This document shows, piece after piece, positions 14,169 through 26,955 of a stretch of DNA of 64,000 nt. The translations under genes were made by a program, and so were the position numbers. The notes under the pieces are model-generated. The model was given only the letters and a program-made list of their open reading frames with translations, did not search any database and was not told the DNA's origin. The stretch's first letter is position 1. The number at the start of each line of letters is the position of its first letter. The stretch spans positions 1,260,710 to 1,324,709 of the forward strand of contig NMRA01000026.1 of assembly GCA_002633005.1 (NCBI GenBank), given 5' to 3'. Source of the stretch: Phoronis australis. Taxonomy: Eukaryota > Animalia > Phoronida.

Positions 14169-14260
14169 AATTTTACCTCAGATATTCCGCCGGTCGTATC
14201 AACACAGCTTATAAAAGCTGCCCTCGTTTAGCTAACACATTCAATATCTATTCTAAAAAT

Positions 14261-14285
14261 ATCCCATAATAGTCGTGTGACGTCA
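14261..14285 (-). promoter_or_regulatory. Proximal promoter module of CBX paralog A: ATCCCATAATA plus CRE palindrome TGACGTCA
   Basis: atcccataata at 14261 and tgacgtca at 14278-14285, 93 bp upstream of the ATG. The same pair lies upstream of paralog B. Confidence 0.6.
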
Positions 14286-17200
14286 CCAGCCTACCGAGAG
14301 CTCTTTATGTCTGGATATCTGCCCGACTGAACCAGTTCATTCACAGCTAGCGTGTTCGTTAATCCGGGCGCTTTGTGAATTTACCAAAAGCAAGATTGTA
14401 ACATGTTGCTACTGTGAATAGCCCACTACGGAGTAAGCTTGATGTGGTATAAGTTTAGAAAGAATATACAAAATAGTACTCGAAGCTAAATTTTGTTTTG
14501 ATGAATCTGGAATAAGAATTTGAACCGATATTTGTACTGCGCTGAAGTTACTAATTTTTTCCGCTTTATACGTAGGTTTCAATTTTCTGAAGGAATTAAA
14601 AACAAAAATCAATATTGTAATCATCTATCACAATAAATTGTATATCTGATTTACATTAATTATTTAATGTTGCCTGTATGTGACACGCTCTTTGTTAAAC
14701 AAAGAAATATTTGGCTTCAGACAAAGAATTCGAGTAAGAGGACAGTTAGGGTTTCTTCTATTGATATTCAAGCGAATATCGATTTGTTGTTCGTTCGAAT
14801 ACCTGATCTAATTTTCTCGTTAAAATCCCCAGCAGTTTTACACGCATGCTGGCACTATCAACGCGAGGGGTGCAGCTCGTATGTGTATTAATTTACACTA
14901 TCCTTTCAACTGTAATAGAATAGAATGAACTGTATTTTGTTGTGATCAAACTGCATAGTCTCAGTGAGTGAATTATTCCTCTTGTCGCGAAGTAACAAGC
15001 GAACTTGACTGTTACTTTATTGTCTTATTTTTAGACAGTGGCTAGAAGATGTTTTATATTTGCTCTTCAAATTTAGAAATGTTAATCTTTGTGTTTCAAG
15101 TTAGTTCAAGTTCAGTATTTCTGATTGATAAACTTTAGTAAAAAGATTTCGAATAATATCAAGAAGTGTGTGACAACTGAATTAGCATTAACCTCTTGTT
15201 TCCCCTTCCACAACAGAGCGTACATTATTTGCTCGATTCTATACAGTTTGTTTGTTATCTGGTGAAAGACTTGTTTTTCTAACTGTGAAAGGAAAATGTT
15301 TTTGTAACAATAGGCCATCATATAACTTTGTCATCTAAGAATCAATATTTCATTTACCTCGCTACCCATCTTACGCTTAGGGTGCAGAAAGAGAGGGGAG
15401 AAGGAAAGTGATACATTTATCAACTTGAATTCAAGTTGTAAAATATAATCACAAATAAATTTGAAACAAGCATTATCGTATTATTTATAAGAAGATTTCT
15501 TCAAAAATACTAGTCGATTCATTGGAAACAGAAACAAAAACAAAATATAACATTTTTCAAGGTCGACATTCAACAATAAGAGTTTTGAAAATTGGGATTC
15601 AAGAACTCTGTTTTTGATGTCTTCCATACACAGAGAGCTTGATAATTGATTATTACGTGCCCTACCTGAAAATATTTTAATAACTATACCAATTACTCAA
15701 AGGTTCTACTACAGAATTTGTCACGTGATTGTAGATACAGTTATTTCCGTATCACGAATAGAATCAAACAATACTGCGCGTTCCTTGAACTTCTACACTT
15801 CCAGGTTGATTGCTGATGTTACGAACTGAAAATAAAGATTCTGTTTTTTAGCCTTCCGCACCATATCACATCATGCAAAGGTTTGTAATTAAACAACGCA
15901 CAAATTCTCGCTTGCAAACTATAACGATACAGTTAACTACATGTATTTTTATTCGAATTTCGAAATGATACTGCATTTGAACAGAAAAGCTAATCAGAAC
16001 TTGAAAACTGAAAACAGGATATTAACAAACCACGCTCTTCAAACAGCTTCTCTATTGTAGTATTCAGTTATTGTTGCAAAGAACTGAAGATGAATGGACA
16101 AATAAAGTTTCCAGCCAATACCTACCTGTATGTGTATATTAGGACATTTAAGGTTAGTTAGGCCTTCTTATGGGAACAAGGAGCGCGTTGACTAATTTTC
16201 TAGCCCACCGTGACCTCGTGGCCGTGAGTAGAGGAGAATGGATTGCCACATTTAGCAGCCAACTAGAGAGTTTGATCGAAATCAATACAGCTTTATAAAT
16301 TATGCTCTACATTTTCCTGGTTTTCAAGTATTGCGAATCGATGATGAGCCACTGACTTCCGTATATTTTAGCATGCACACGACGAATGAGTTAATTACGA
16401 GATAACTGATGCAACAACTTTTCTTTTTAATTTGTTTCGCTGAAAACGTCGCCGCAGATCGCCAAATTAACTGCCACCACCGACGTTGTCTGTAGATCGT
16501 GACATGCCGTTTGGGACACCACTACAGTGCCCGCATCCAGCTTGTCGCGAGCTGGAAAACCAGCGGCGACGAAGGCTCAATGGGGCGTTGTTTTTGGCAA
16601 GACATAAATAGAAAAATCTATTCATTGAATAGTTACGACAAGAACGTATTCGCGTTTTGGTCCTAATCAAGATCTATACAGGTAAAAACGTTTTCTTGGA
16701 ACAAATTAAGTGTTTTAAATTCTTATAGGTTCTCACCTCACCAAAGTTGCACTTGCCGATAAATTCATATTGCAGATGAATAAAAGTACTAAAATGTTAT
16801 TTCGGAGGATTTTATTATAATGAATAAAAGTACTTTTGCAAATAACTGTTATGGTAATAAACAGATGTAACATGGTCTTTGCGAACTAAGGATCCAAAAA
16901 ATTAATAGAAACTGACTTTTCAGCAAAACGTTAATAAAAATAATGTAGATGTTCAGGCTCTTTCAACAGTTTTTATCGTTCGCTCTATTTGTTATATCAC
17001 GAGTATTTTTATCCTAATATCACTTTTTCTAAGTTTTCAGTTATACCCAAATTTTGGTCAATGACGCTCTGCAATGTTATGGGCCATGTGTCCGTATGCT
17101 AAAAGCTATTCTCTTAAATTTTGTCCCATAAATACAGTTGTATTATCAAGACTTCTGTGGTTGAAATGAAATTAGAACAGTTAATCAGGAATCAATTTCT

Positions 17201-18417
17201 TAATTTTCTTGATAACGTTTATTGCTGAACGCTTTCTTTTTAGGAGTGAGGCTTTCCCGGGCTAATATTGTCTCGTCGATAACTTGGGAAAAATCGAAAT
17301 TCCTGTAATCAAATTTACAAGCAAGAACCCTAAATATTGGATAGTTTGGTGGGAGAATGGTATATCTGTACCGCGGTCATTTGTAATTCGAATCACGTAA
17401 AGCATGGAGTCATGGACCATTAAACGAATGCTTACCATATGTTCGTTCATTGGCTTGGCCTTACTGAACACACAAAGGTCGTGTGCTCAAGTGACTGAAC
17501 AAACCACGGCCTTATCACGTGTGTTTACACTGCCGCGTTCTTGGCTGAAAAAGTTTCCAGCATTCTATTCATCACGGGTATTAGATAATGGTTCATTTTC
17601 TAATCCGGTGAACCAAACTTTTCACGAACTAGGCTTATATAGTAAGACTTGCACCCGGGAGCTCGTGTACTATGCATTCTCTAAGTGTACCGCGTTTCAT
17701 TTCTGTAGTGTGATCATGGCATGAAATCCGCCGCTGTGCCTACTGGTGAAACAACCGCGTGAACGAAGAAGATCAATGGTGCACAAAAATGTGAACCATC
17801 AGCGCAAATTAGTTTGCTGAAAGATCAATCTTAACACTTGGAAGATTTGTCGAAAAACATGTCCTGTCAGTCGCACGAAGTCGTCCAGTCGTGAGCACTA
17901 TGTTTTATCTAGCTGTGTATTGTGACGCTGTTGGTTTACGTTGCATGGTTTTGTCTTTTACATGGAACATTTCTCGTTTTGTCGCTTAATCGTTAGCGAG
18001 CGAGTGTGGCCCCTTTCTACAAATCGCAATCAAAAACAGTTTGGAAACCAAAGTGCGTGGGACATTGACACCCAGCTGATAAACAAAACTAGACATGCGA
18101 GAGTTTTCATTTCCACTTTCCACTGCGTTGGAGTAAATAACACAATAACACAATGTTTCCTATTCATAGGCTTTTTACTTCCTGGTTATTTTTTTGGTTG
18201 TTAAAAGGTTCATTTCGACTGGAGAACGCCCGCAAAAATAAACCTTCTAGTAACAGTAAGCGTTCCAGGGCAATATATTGCATTAGTGTATAAATAAAAC
18301 ATTTTGCCAACATTTGGATTTGCTGAGATTCAAAATTAGAGAAACAATTGCGTTTGAACCTAGTTATACGAAACCAAAACATTTACTTAACTCGAGAAAA
18401 TGTGAGGCCAGACTCAG

Positions 18418-18817
18418 TTGCGCAGTTGCACGAAACAGTCCCACCTAGCCAAGAGGGACTCACCAAAGATCCCTAAATCTACTGCGTATTTCATGGACTT
18501 GTGAATTCAGTATCTGGCTCCTATGCAAATCGAGTGTGAACTCTTGGTTGAATCTTCAATATTATAGAAAATAAGTAGGGATCTTTTCATGCAATGTCCC
18601 TAATTTAAGGACTAAGTCCCACATATTGTTTTGACAGAATTAAGTGCTCAGTTTTCAATTATATTACTAGAAAATGTCATTAGCCAAACAGAACTCATAT
18701 CAAAGATAAAATGGTAGAAAAAATATTACATCTGCGAGTAAAGAAAGAAACAAATAGGCAAAATTTTTATGGAACTTAGTTGTGTCCCTATTTGGGACTG
18801 TTTCGTGCAACCGGGCG
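18418..18817. mobile_element. PIF/Harbinger-like MITE (about 400 bp), CAG target duplication
   Basis: TIR core gttgcacgaaacagtccca / tgggactgtttcgtgcaac, with CAG on both flanks (18415 and 18818). Interior is homologous, in inverted orientation, to 24324-24708. Confidence 0.75.
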
Positions 18818-20708
18818 CAGGTTACTGAATACAATACATAAATATATACATATGTATATATAGAAAATCTACTTAAAAATTCTTTGCATTTTAATATCTT
18901 GTTTTAATCAATCTGTGAATTTTCAAAGAGACATATCTTCAAAACTTGTTTCTGCGTCGACCTCATGTGACGGTTACGGCATCGCAAGCTTTCAGTTTTG
19001 TTACTTATTCAAGTGTATAAATATCGCCGTTTCTTTGTAAGAGCGCGAATTTCTTTCGATATCCCATCAGTATTTTACATGATTTGTCAAAGTTATAACG
19101 AAGTAACCACTTAAGTGAGTAATTAACATAGTCTTAGTTTTTTTAATATAGATATCTCCGAGGTAACCTTGTGAAAGACTGCAACGAAGTTATAATTTCA
19201 CTGACGTCGTTACATTGTTGCAATAATTAAAACTGCCGTGTTAAATAAATAGCTGTCTAAAAAAACAAAAAATGTCATAAAATTGGTCTCTTAATGATAC
19301 TTGCCATAAAAGGATTTCAGTTCCGTTACCAACTCAAGGCTGCGTCATTTTCCAATTCTCAATGTTAACGTTTGCCAACCCAAATAACGCTGAAACAAAT
19401 GAGGCAGGTATCAATTATGAGACTGAAAGGCCTGATTAAAGTTTTTAGCCGACTTCAACAGGGCAAAATGTAGCTATAAAAATCAGAAGTGTGCCTGAGT
19501 ACTTGGACGATAATGCTTGATTTCGCAGTTCGTATTTGTTTATTCACTTCATAAAAGACGTAAATTTGTCAGTTGACGTATCGGTCATTTGTAATAAGTC
19601 TCCGTCTCGTTATAAAGCCAACAATTTAAAACAGTCCGTGACTACGTCTCAGTAGCATTTACAAACATTTTAAAAAGATTTGTAATGGCCTGCAAGGCAC
19701 CTTGGCAGAAAGCTCATTCCCAAACAGATGACAACGTTTATTGGCAATAGCATGTCCCGGAGCAACGTTGCAGTAGACGACTTACGGCTTACTAAATGGA
19801 GAATTCTAAACAAGCGAAGTGCTGTGAGCAATTGAACCCGCAGTCGTCAATTGGCAGTTTGGATAAATATATAATTTGTGCAATGAATGAAAGACATAAT
19901 ATCTTGTCTCTAAAGAATCACACTACATAAAAATGATCTTAAGAACCTGTCGCCCTCCGTTTAACATATACCTAAACGTTTATACGATTTATCGTGCTTA
20001 AATATTGATTACATATACATCACATGCTTCTGTTTACTAAAAATTTCTTTTTAACGTGCGTAACATTACGTAATTTAAATACAATCAATTTAAAATATCA
20101 CCTTATAAAATTTGTCATTTGAACCCTTAACGATGTATTATGGATAAGCCATTTGAGGGATAATGACTTCAAATGCTTTGCGAACATCCAATAGAAATTT
20201 GTATGGAAATTGCAATTTATTACCGTGTGGGCCCATCCATCTACACCCAAAATCATTCGTGATTATTCATCAAATTAATGAGCGAAGATAGACATTTCTC
20301 AAGCGCACCGCCTATGTTTCATTTGTAAACGCAGACGATTATCCCTTATATGCTAATGTGTTATATTGTGTTTCTTTTTTGATTTGATTAGCAGTGCAAA
20401 ATTCTTCATTGTTAGAAATTCCTTATAATCTAAAGGAGACAGGTCTTCAATGTGAGCATGTTCTAGTACACACCCACTTCCAGATTCTTAAAAGTAAAAG
20501 AAATGCCGAGACGTGAAGGTGCATTTTCTGACGTAGCAAACATCAGTGACGTCATGTGTAATTATTTTATGCGTGACATCTTTAAATGGTGAACTGCCAT
20601 TTATATCGATGAAAAAGGTCAGTAGATGGCGTTCCAGTAACTCAAGCCTCCTCTCGCTGAGGCAACGGTTAAAGATACAATATTACCTAGTAACTATGTT
20701 ATCTTTGC

Positions 20709-20837
20709 AATGGCTGCACTTGATTGACTTCGCCGGTTACGCCGGGTCAGACATCTGATTGGTTTCCGATGACGACTTCCGGTTTACAGATCTATCAGAT
20801 GTCTTAGCCGCTTGTAGTCGAATCAAGGGCAGCCAAT
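20709..20837. repeat. About 130-bp inverted repeat
   Basis: tggctgcacttgattgact / agtcgaatcaagggcagcca outer arms and agacatctgat / atcagatgtct inner arms. Confidence 0.6.
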
Positions 20838-21084
20838 GAAATCTCTAGTGAAAATGTGACCCAATATTCATGGTTGCTTTTGTTCTGCCGCCATGTATCG
20901 GTTTCGATCTTGCTTGAATGTGTTTTTAATACGACAAAGTTTCACTTCGTATTAACAACACATTTTGCTCTATTAAGATGGCTCAAAAATGAAAAACAAA
21001 TTAGGCTTTTTGTTCTCATAATCCAGTCACTTATGTCTGTTACGGTGATAGGATTCTATTTCCGTTTCCTGCTCATGTTACAGG

Positions 21085-21279
21085 CATTACGTACATGCGC
21101 CATTTTCGAATTCGCAATTTTGGGGTTGGCGTATTCCTGAGTGCCTCATATCTTCATTTGTAAGGGATGTGAGATCCTACCTTAGCAAGGGATACTATGA
21201 GATCGATTTTAGGAGAGTAAAATGCCTAATTGAATTTTCGTTTTTAGCCAGCTAAACAGAGCGGAAATAAAGCAGCTTT
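21085..21279. mobile_element. Same long-TIR MITE family, partial copy
   Basis: gcattacgtacatgcgccattttcgaattcgcaatt...gagatcgattttaggagagtaaaa...ttagccagctaaacagagcggaaataaagcagcttt. Confidence 0.6.
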
Positions 21280-22137
21280 GAGTTGTGCTCTGCTTCATAT
21301 CATTTAGTCGCCTGCTCTACACTTATTACAGCGACCGTACGACTTGCCTTAGTTACAATAAACTTACATTGTAAACTTGCTCAGTACGAATCAAGTCTAC
21401 ACTAGAAATGAATACGATAGGTTTTCAGCGGCATTACTTTCGAATCCGCACCGAAAATACGTGCAACGTCCTATTATGTCACTTATGCATTTTCAGTACT
21501 GTATTTGATCTTGGTTTCCGGACCGTCTATGTTGATCAGAAATGAAATCATCGCGGAAGCACTAGGGTCGTTAAAGTCGAATAAAAAAATAAAGCTGGTC
21601 AAATGAAGAAGATATATGCCACACTGACTGTTTGTCTGGTAACTTTTTAAATGTGTTATTTCGGGATTAAGTCTGAGATAGGACGCCACGTGAGTGATTA
21701 GATTGTGTAGGTGACGCTCTCTCACTGAGACAGTATAATTTAATGGGATCAAATGATAAACACGGAATGTCCGCGATCAATATAATGGTAACAGGCGGAA
21801 TGTGTAGGGGATTACTTGGGATGCAAAATGCGTTCTTTTCCGACAGCCGCCTCTGAGCAAGATTCAGACGCCTAAGTTTTTCTTGATGTTTGTCAAAAGC
21901 AACAGTTTTATCTCCAACATTAGTGTGTAAATGTGAATAGAGATAAACAGTTGCAATTAGTAACAGTCCTCATTCAAACTTGTAGTATTGAAAAATTGAC
22001 TTGACGTGTTGTTTACGACAGTGAGTTCGTTGTGTTCGAGTAGGCGGAATAAAACCTAGGGGCTTAATCCAATGAGCAACTGTCTGATCGTAGAGATAAA
22101 CAATAGTAAGACGTTGAACGCACCGAATCAGCACCGA

Positions 22138-22416
22138 TGTATCAATTCAGGATTTTCGAACTTGTGCTTATGCATTTTCAAAATGAAAAAAGCGCATGAA
22201 AATCAAGGGGTGATGTCTGATCTTTAAATTGTTAGAACACGTGGTTATTCGTTGTCTCTGTGCGCAATAGGAACGGATAACCACGTGTGCTGACAATTAA
22301 AATATCAAAGAGATATAATTCTTTGCGCGTTGTGTTGTTTGAGCGCTTTTATCAGTTTAGTTTTGTCCGGCAGTTGACAATTAACAAACGCATGTTCAAA
22401 GGACCATAATTAATAC
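22138..22416. repeat. Decayed palindromic element with a well-preserved central hairpin
   Basis: aattgttagaacacgtggttattcgtt / aacggataaccacgtgtgctgacaatt at about 22227-22298. Weaker pairing of the outer arms (tgtatcaattcagg.. / ..ccataattaataca). Confidence 0.55.
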
Positions 22417-22645
22417 ACCAATGATGAGTCTACGTGTTTTATTGTCGTTTATGTCTTAGTTGCAATTGTAAACGACAATTTAGAATGTGTTTATGCGAAT
22501 AAAAGCTATATATGATCGACCTCAGTTTTGAACTCAATAATCACGAGAGATAAGCTTAAAATCAAACGAGCTTGACATTTTATCTTTCAACAGGTTTAAG
22601 CTCTGATAATTTAGACAATTGCAAAAATAATAGGGATAAGAGCGC

Positions 22646-22741
22646 GAACGGTAAATAATGGATCCTTATTGTTAGAGCCAACTTTATAAATGAACGGTAA
22701 ATAATGGATCCTTATTGTTAGAGCCAACTTTATAAATGAAC
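22646..22741. repeat. Perfect 46-bp tandem duplication
   Basis: GAACGGTAAATAATGGATCCTTATTGTTAGAGCCAACTTTATAAAT at 22646 and 22692, followed by GAAC (4-bp microhomology). Confidence 0.92.
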
Positions 22742-24323
22742 AAAATGCAGGGTAGAGAATCTTTGCATGAAAAAAAGTTTTATTGATCATGTGACTTAAG
22801 ACCCCCACTCTGCAGATTGAGGTCACAATTCCATGAGACCAAAAAGCAGTAATAACTGTATTAAATCGTCACAAAAAGCTAATTATTGTAAATTGAGCTC
22901 TAAAATGGCGTTGGGGGGGGCAATCATAGTGTCCAAACCCTGGGGTCGTCATGCAAGTTTTAGAGTTTAAAACAGATATGAAATGTCCGTATCATCTGTT
23001 TTGCCGACTGCCTGTTTCTAACTTTTCGCTGTCAAAACTTTTACCCCACCCCTCAGTGTCGTTGTGTGAGTTCTGGTTTAACAATGAGAAACTAAAAAAC
23101 AATATGTACACAAATGTACACCAGACCATCAAAAACGTACCTGGGACAGGTGGAATAGATCAATACGAAGTCTGGACAAAAATAGGTAGGTTTTGTGTGT
23201 TCTTGGGGATTCATCAGTGCGTACCAGTTCCATACCTTGGCATCACAAACTTAAATACAGTTACAATGGTTTATTTTAGATAATACCTCAAGTGTTGTTC
23301 GGAGATTTTCCATACTTCGATTTTATCACGTGGATATTTTTCTTTCACAAATACTAGACCATTGATCCTCTATTTCCCCTGCTGTTCCACTGCGTGACTT
23401 TCAGGTACCGACTTACTCACAAGTTGGTTCGGCACGTAACATAGGATTTCTCCGACATGATGTGCAACAACACAGTACCGAGATAATCATACCCAAAAAA
23501 CTGCATATGTTATGAAGTTGTTAAGATTTCAAAGCGGGTTTGACCGCTTAAGAAAACAAGTTTTGTCTAATAATGTCTCGGACTGGTATTTGACAATGTT
23601 TGAGACTCAGCGAGGGATTCCATCGGTTAATTAGTAAAAGACTGGAAAAAATTCAGAAGCAAATTTAGGTTTACACTTAAAATCTTTTAAATTTATGCAT
23701 AAATGTCAAGCTGTTTCTGGAAAACGGAAGAGGACTGCTAACTGCAGTACTCGGATGTTTACTCAGGCTAACTCGGCCCTTGAAATGTTCTACTCATTTC
23801 GCACGGCAGTCCAGCTGTCGACTTCGTTCACAAATGTATATTCTAGAGAAGTCATTTCTTCAATGAGCTTCGGCTATTGGCCTTTTTTCTTATAGACTCA
23901 GGCAATTGATCGTTTTCTGTTTTCCATCTCTAGTCAAAGCTAAGTACTCCAAGAAATACGCCCTGCCCAAATTTGCCCCCCAAATGCGCTTTTCCATCGG
24001 TCATAAAACTGATTTTTGTCCTTTATAGGGTTGTCTAAAAGTAACAGGATTCTGTTTTAAAGCCACAGTTTTGTGGCTTATTGTTGGATAGGGTAAACTT
24101 TTAAAATTATTAACTTTGATCAAAGGTATAATAATAAAATCCGTTGCACTTCTGTGGTTTTATTACAAATTGCCAATTAATTCTAGTCGTTGTCTGCCAG
24201 ACACTAGTTGAAATCGAGGCCGGTGACTTGAATTTAGTACGCTTAAAATGATCCGCCATTTTTCCAGTGGGGTTTAGCTCCGTCTGCAAAATAGTTGAGT
24301 GCTAACTGCGACCGCAAAGGATT

Positions 24324-24708
24324 CAGTGCCCGGTTGCATAAAACTCAACTAAGTTCCCTAAATCTTTTGCCTATTTGTGTCTTTCTTTACTCACGGATGT
24401 TACCTTTTTTCCATGATTTCATCTTTATTATGAGCTCCTCTTTGACTAACAAAACTAAAAAGTGAAAATAAATAGGGACTTGGTCTTTAAGTTAGGGGCG
24501 TTGCATGAAAAGATCCCTTATTTATTTTCGATAATTGAGAATTCAACGTTAAGTTCTCTCTCGATTTGTATCAAAGCCAAAATTGGCTTAGTAATGAAAT
24601 TAAAACTAGAAAGGACAATCGATGTTTTCACAAGTCTACAAATGCGCGAGATATATAGGAAACTTATATGAGTTCCTATTTTAGACTGCATCTTGCAACC
24701 GGGCACTG
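24324..24708. mobile_element. PIF/Harbinger-like MITE, same family as 18418-18817, nested in a SINE-like repeat
   Basis: Perfect 15-bp inverted ends cagtgcccggttgca / tgcaaccgggcactg. Shared internal segment caactaagttcc..ttttgcctatttgt.tctttcttt. Confidence 0.8.
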
Positions 24709-25935
24709 CTTCGAATCCGGACTGGGGCTAATCTCAGAAAACTAGTCGTTGATAATGTGATTTTAAAAGTACTTCTAAAAATTTCGTAGAAGCTAGACTG
24801 ACTGATTGTTTTTCAAGCGCGCTTTGCCATGAATTCCTGGTGATACTTTCTTTGTTTACCAATTCAAATGCCTATAGTATGCGTCACCTCATCCAAATCA
24901 TGAAGTCAGGTTTTCAACAATGTATAAGGCAAATGACTTCATTTAGTAGTTGGAAGCTCGTGCTGCATTTAATTTGCGTAAATATTTTTGGTGACTGATG
25001 ATGTAATTGACTCTAGCGCGCGTTCCTGTGCGCGTGTGAAACTAACAAACTAGATCTTTTTGCGTTGATTAAAATTCTGCGGAAGAACGAAAACTGCAGA
25101 CGATGTGATCATAAACCCGGAGTGGTTGAGTTGCATTGTTTTGGGGGTATTTTAATAACTCATCATTTGTTTCCGCGTAACTCATTTTGTGTGGGAAAAG
25201 AGAAATGTGCAATTGTAAAAACATACATGAACACAAGAAGTGGCAGAGAGACGTGTTACCTATCTAACAGGTCAAACCACAGATAGAAAATACAATAGAT
25301 GACTAACCTGATTTTTAAGATTTCAGGTTTTCCCGCGTTTATCAACAAATGAAGAACAATGCATTGCGCATTCATTTACATTTTTGCCAAATTCAAAATG
25401 CAATAATGGAAGTTTGTCTTCATTGCAGTGATGAATTACGTACTAAAAATAGGATATGGGATAGTGTCTTGTACATTCGCACGTGAAGAATCGGGACAAG
25501 TGCATGCTTGACACTTGTGTTGCATTGTGGGTAAATGCCTTAGAATGAGAGTGGATTGGTCCAGTAATTTCTGTATTTTGAAACGACGAGAAATTATGTC
25601 ATAATCAGATAGCAGCTCGTTTCTTTATATAGCCCACCCTCAACAACGTGTTCCTCTCCGTAAGATCGACTTGGTGCTCATTGTAATATGAAGTACCGTT
25701 GTCGGTTATTTCATGGCTACACACAATGCGTATGTCACGCAGCAGATGTCAAAACAACGCGGTCACTCCATAATTTTATTTTTATAACTAATGAAATGAC
25801 ACTCACGAGTTGGTAAACATGGTGTTATTGATTTTGCTTAAATAAACGCTTTGTCGGGAAGAAAATATCCAGTGACTGGTTTAACTGTAATTTGAATTTC
25901 TAAATTTTACAGTATTTTGTAGTTACTCTGCATGC

Positions 25936-26119
25936 TCGCTAGTATTGTGAAGTCGTAACTGTAGCTCTCAAAACTGAATGATCGCTAGTATTGTGAAGTC
26001 GTAACTGTAGCTCTCAAAACTGAATGATCGCTAGTATTGTGAAGTCGTAACTGTAGCTCTCAAAACTGAATGATCGCTAGTATTGTGAAGTCGTAACTGT
26101 AGCTCTCAAAACTGAATGA
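25936..26119. repeat. 46-bp tandem repeat, 4 identical copies
   Basis: TCGCTAGTATTGTGAAGTCGTAACTGTAGCTCTCAAAACTGAATGA at 25936, 25982, 26028 and 26074. Confidence 0.95.
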
Positions 26120-26584
26120 AGACTTGTGTTGCCGCTCACACCTGAACAGATTATCACAATTTAGTTAATACTTGCTTGATGTTGAAAGAGCCCAGAAAAT
26201 CTCATGATAAGCTAATTTTATCCTCTAATGATGTCATGTGATATAGAACCATTACGTTGTATGGTGTCAGCTTTTCAGATGCGTAAATAGATCAGAGATA
26301 GTCATCGACGCTTTCATAGACACCTCATACACTGTAGTCTATTTTTATCTCTGTTTTAATTGTCACTTCTTCATTTCCATTGAAGCCGCAATTTCAATCG
26401 TCACTTTTTTGCCTGCTAAGAATAGTCGAATTTAATCCACAGATCCCGTTAAAGTTCATGGGCCACTTACTTAGACTAAATAGAATGTCCCAATAAGCAG
26501 TAGTGATAACAATGCCCTATGTGCAAATACGCCATATTTAAAATTCGCCCTTCGAGTGCATTATAGGTAATGTCTGTGCCAGTC

Positions 26585-26744
26585 CAGGGTAGAGTTCAGT
26601 AACGCAGGGATCTACGCTAGAACCTTTCTGAAATCTAGCCATAATCACGTGTTCTCATTTAAAATACACGGCAATCACGTAATCTCACGAATCTCGTGAT
26701 GTCTTGCATTTCAGCGAGGTCCTGGCTTTACTGAACTTTTCCCA
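26585..26744. mobile_element. About 150-bp MITE family (GTTCAGTAACGCTAGG ends), copy 1
   Basis: Inverted ends gttcagtaa / ttactgaac. Core cacgtgttctcatttaaaat(g/a)cacggcaat is shared with 29495-29620 and 32865-33158. Confidence 0.75.
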
Positions 26745-26955
26745 GTCGTGCAGCGTACTTGATTCGTTAGTATGAATTCCTGTTGGATGTTTCGTTCATA
26801 GATTCACCAAATTTTGATCGAAAGAGAACAAAGAATATATAACGCTACAAGATACCAAGACACGCAACTGCCACGATGCAAAACCTTATGAACCGCATTT
26901 AAATCACTCAGAACATGTTCATATCATTGAGAATAACAAAATATCGCCAACAGAC

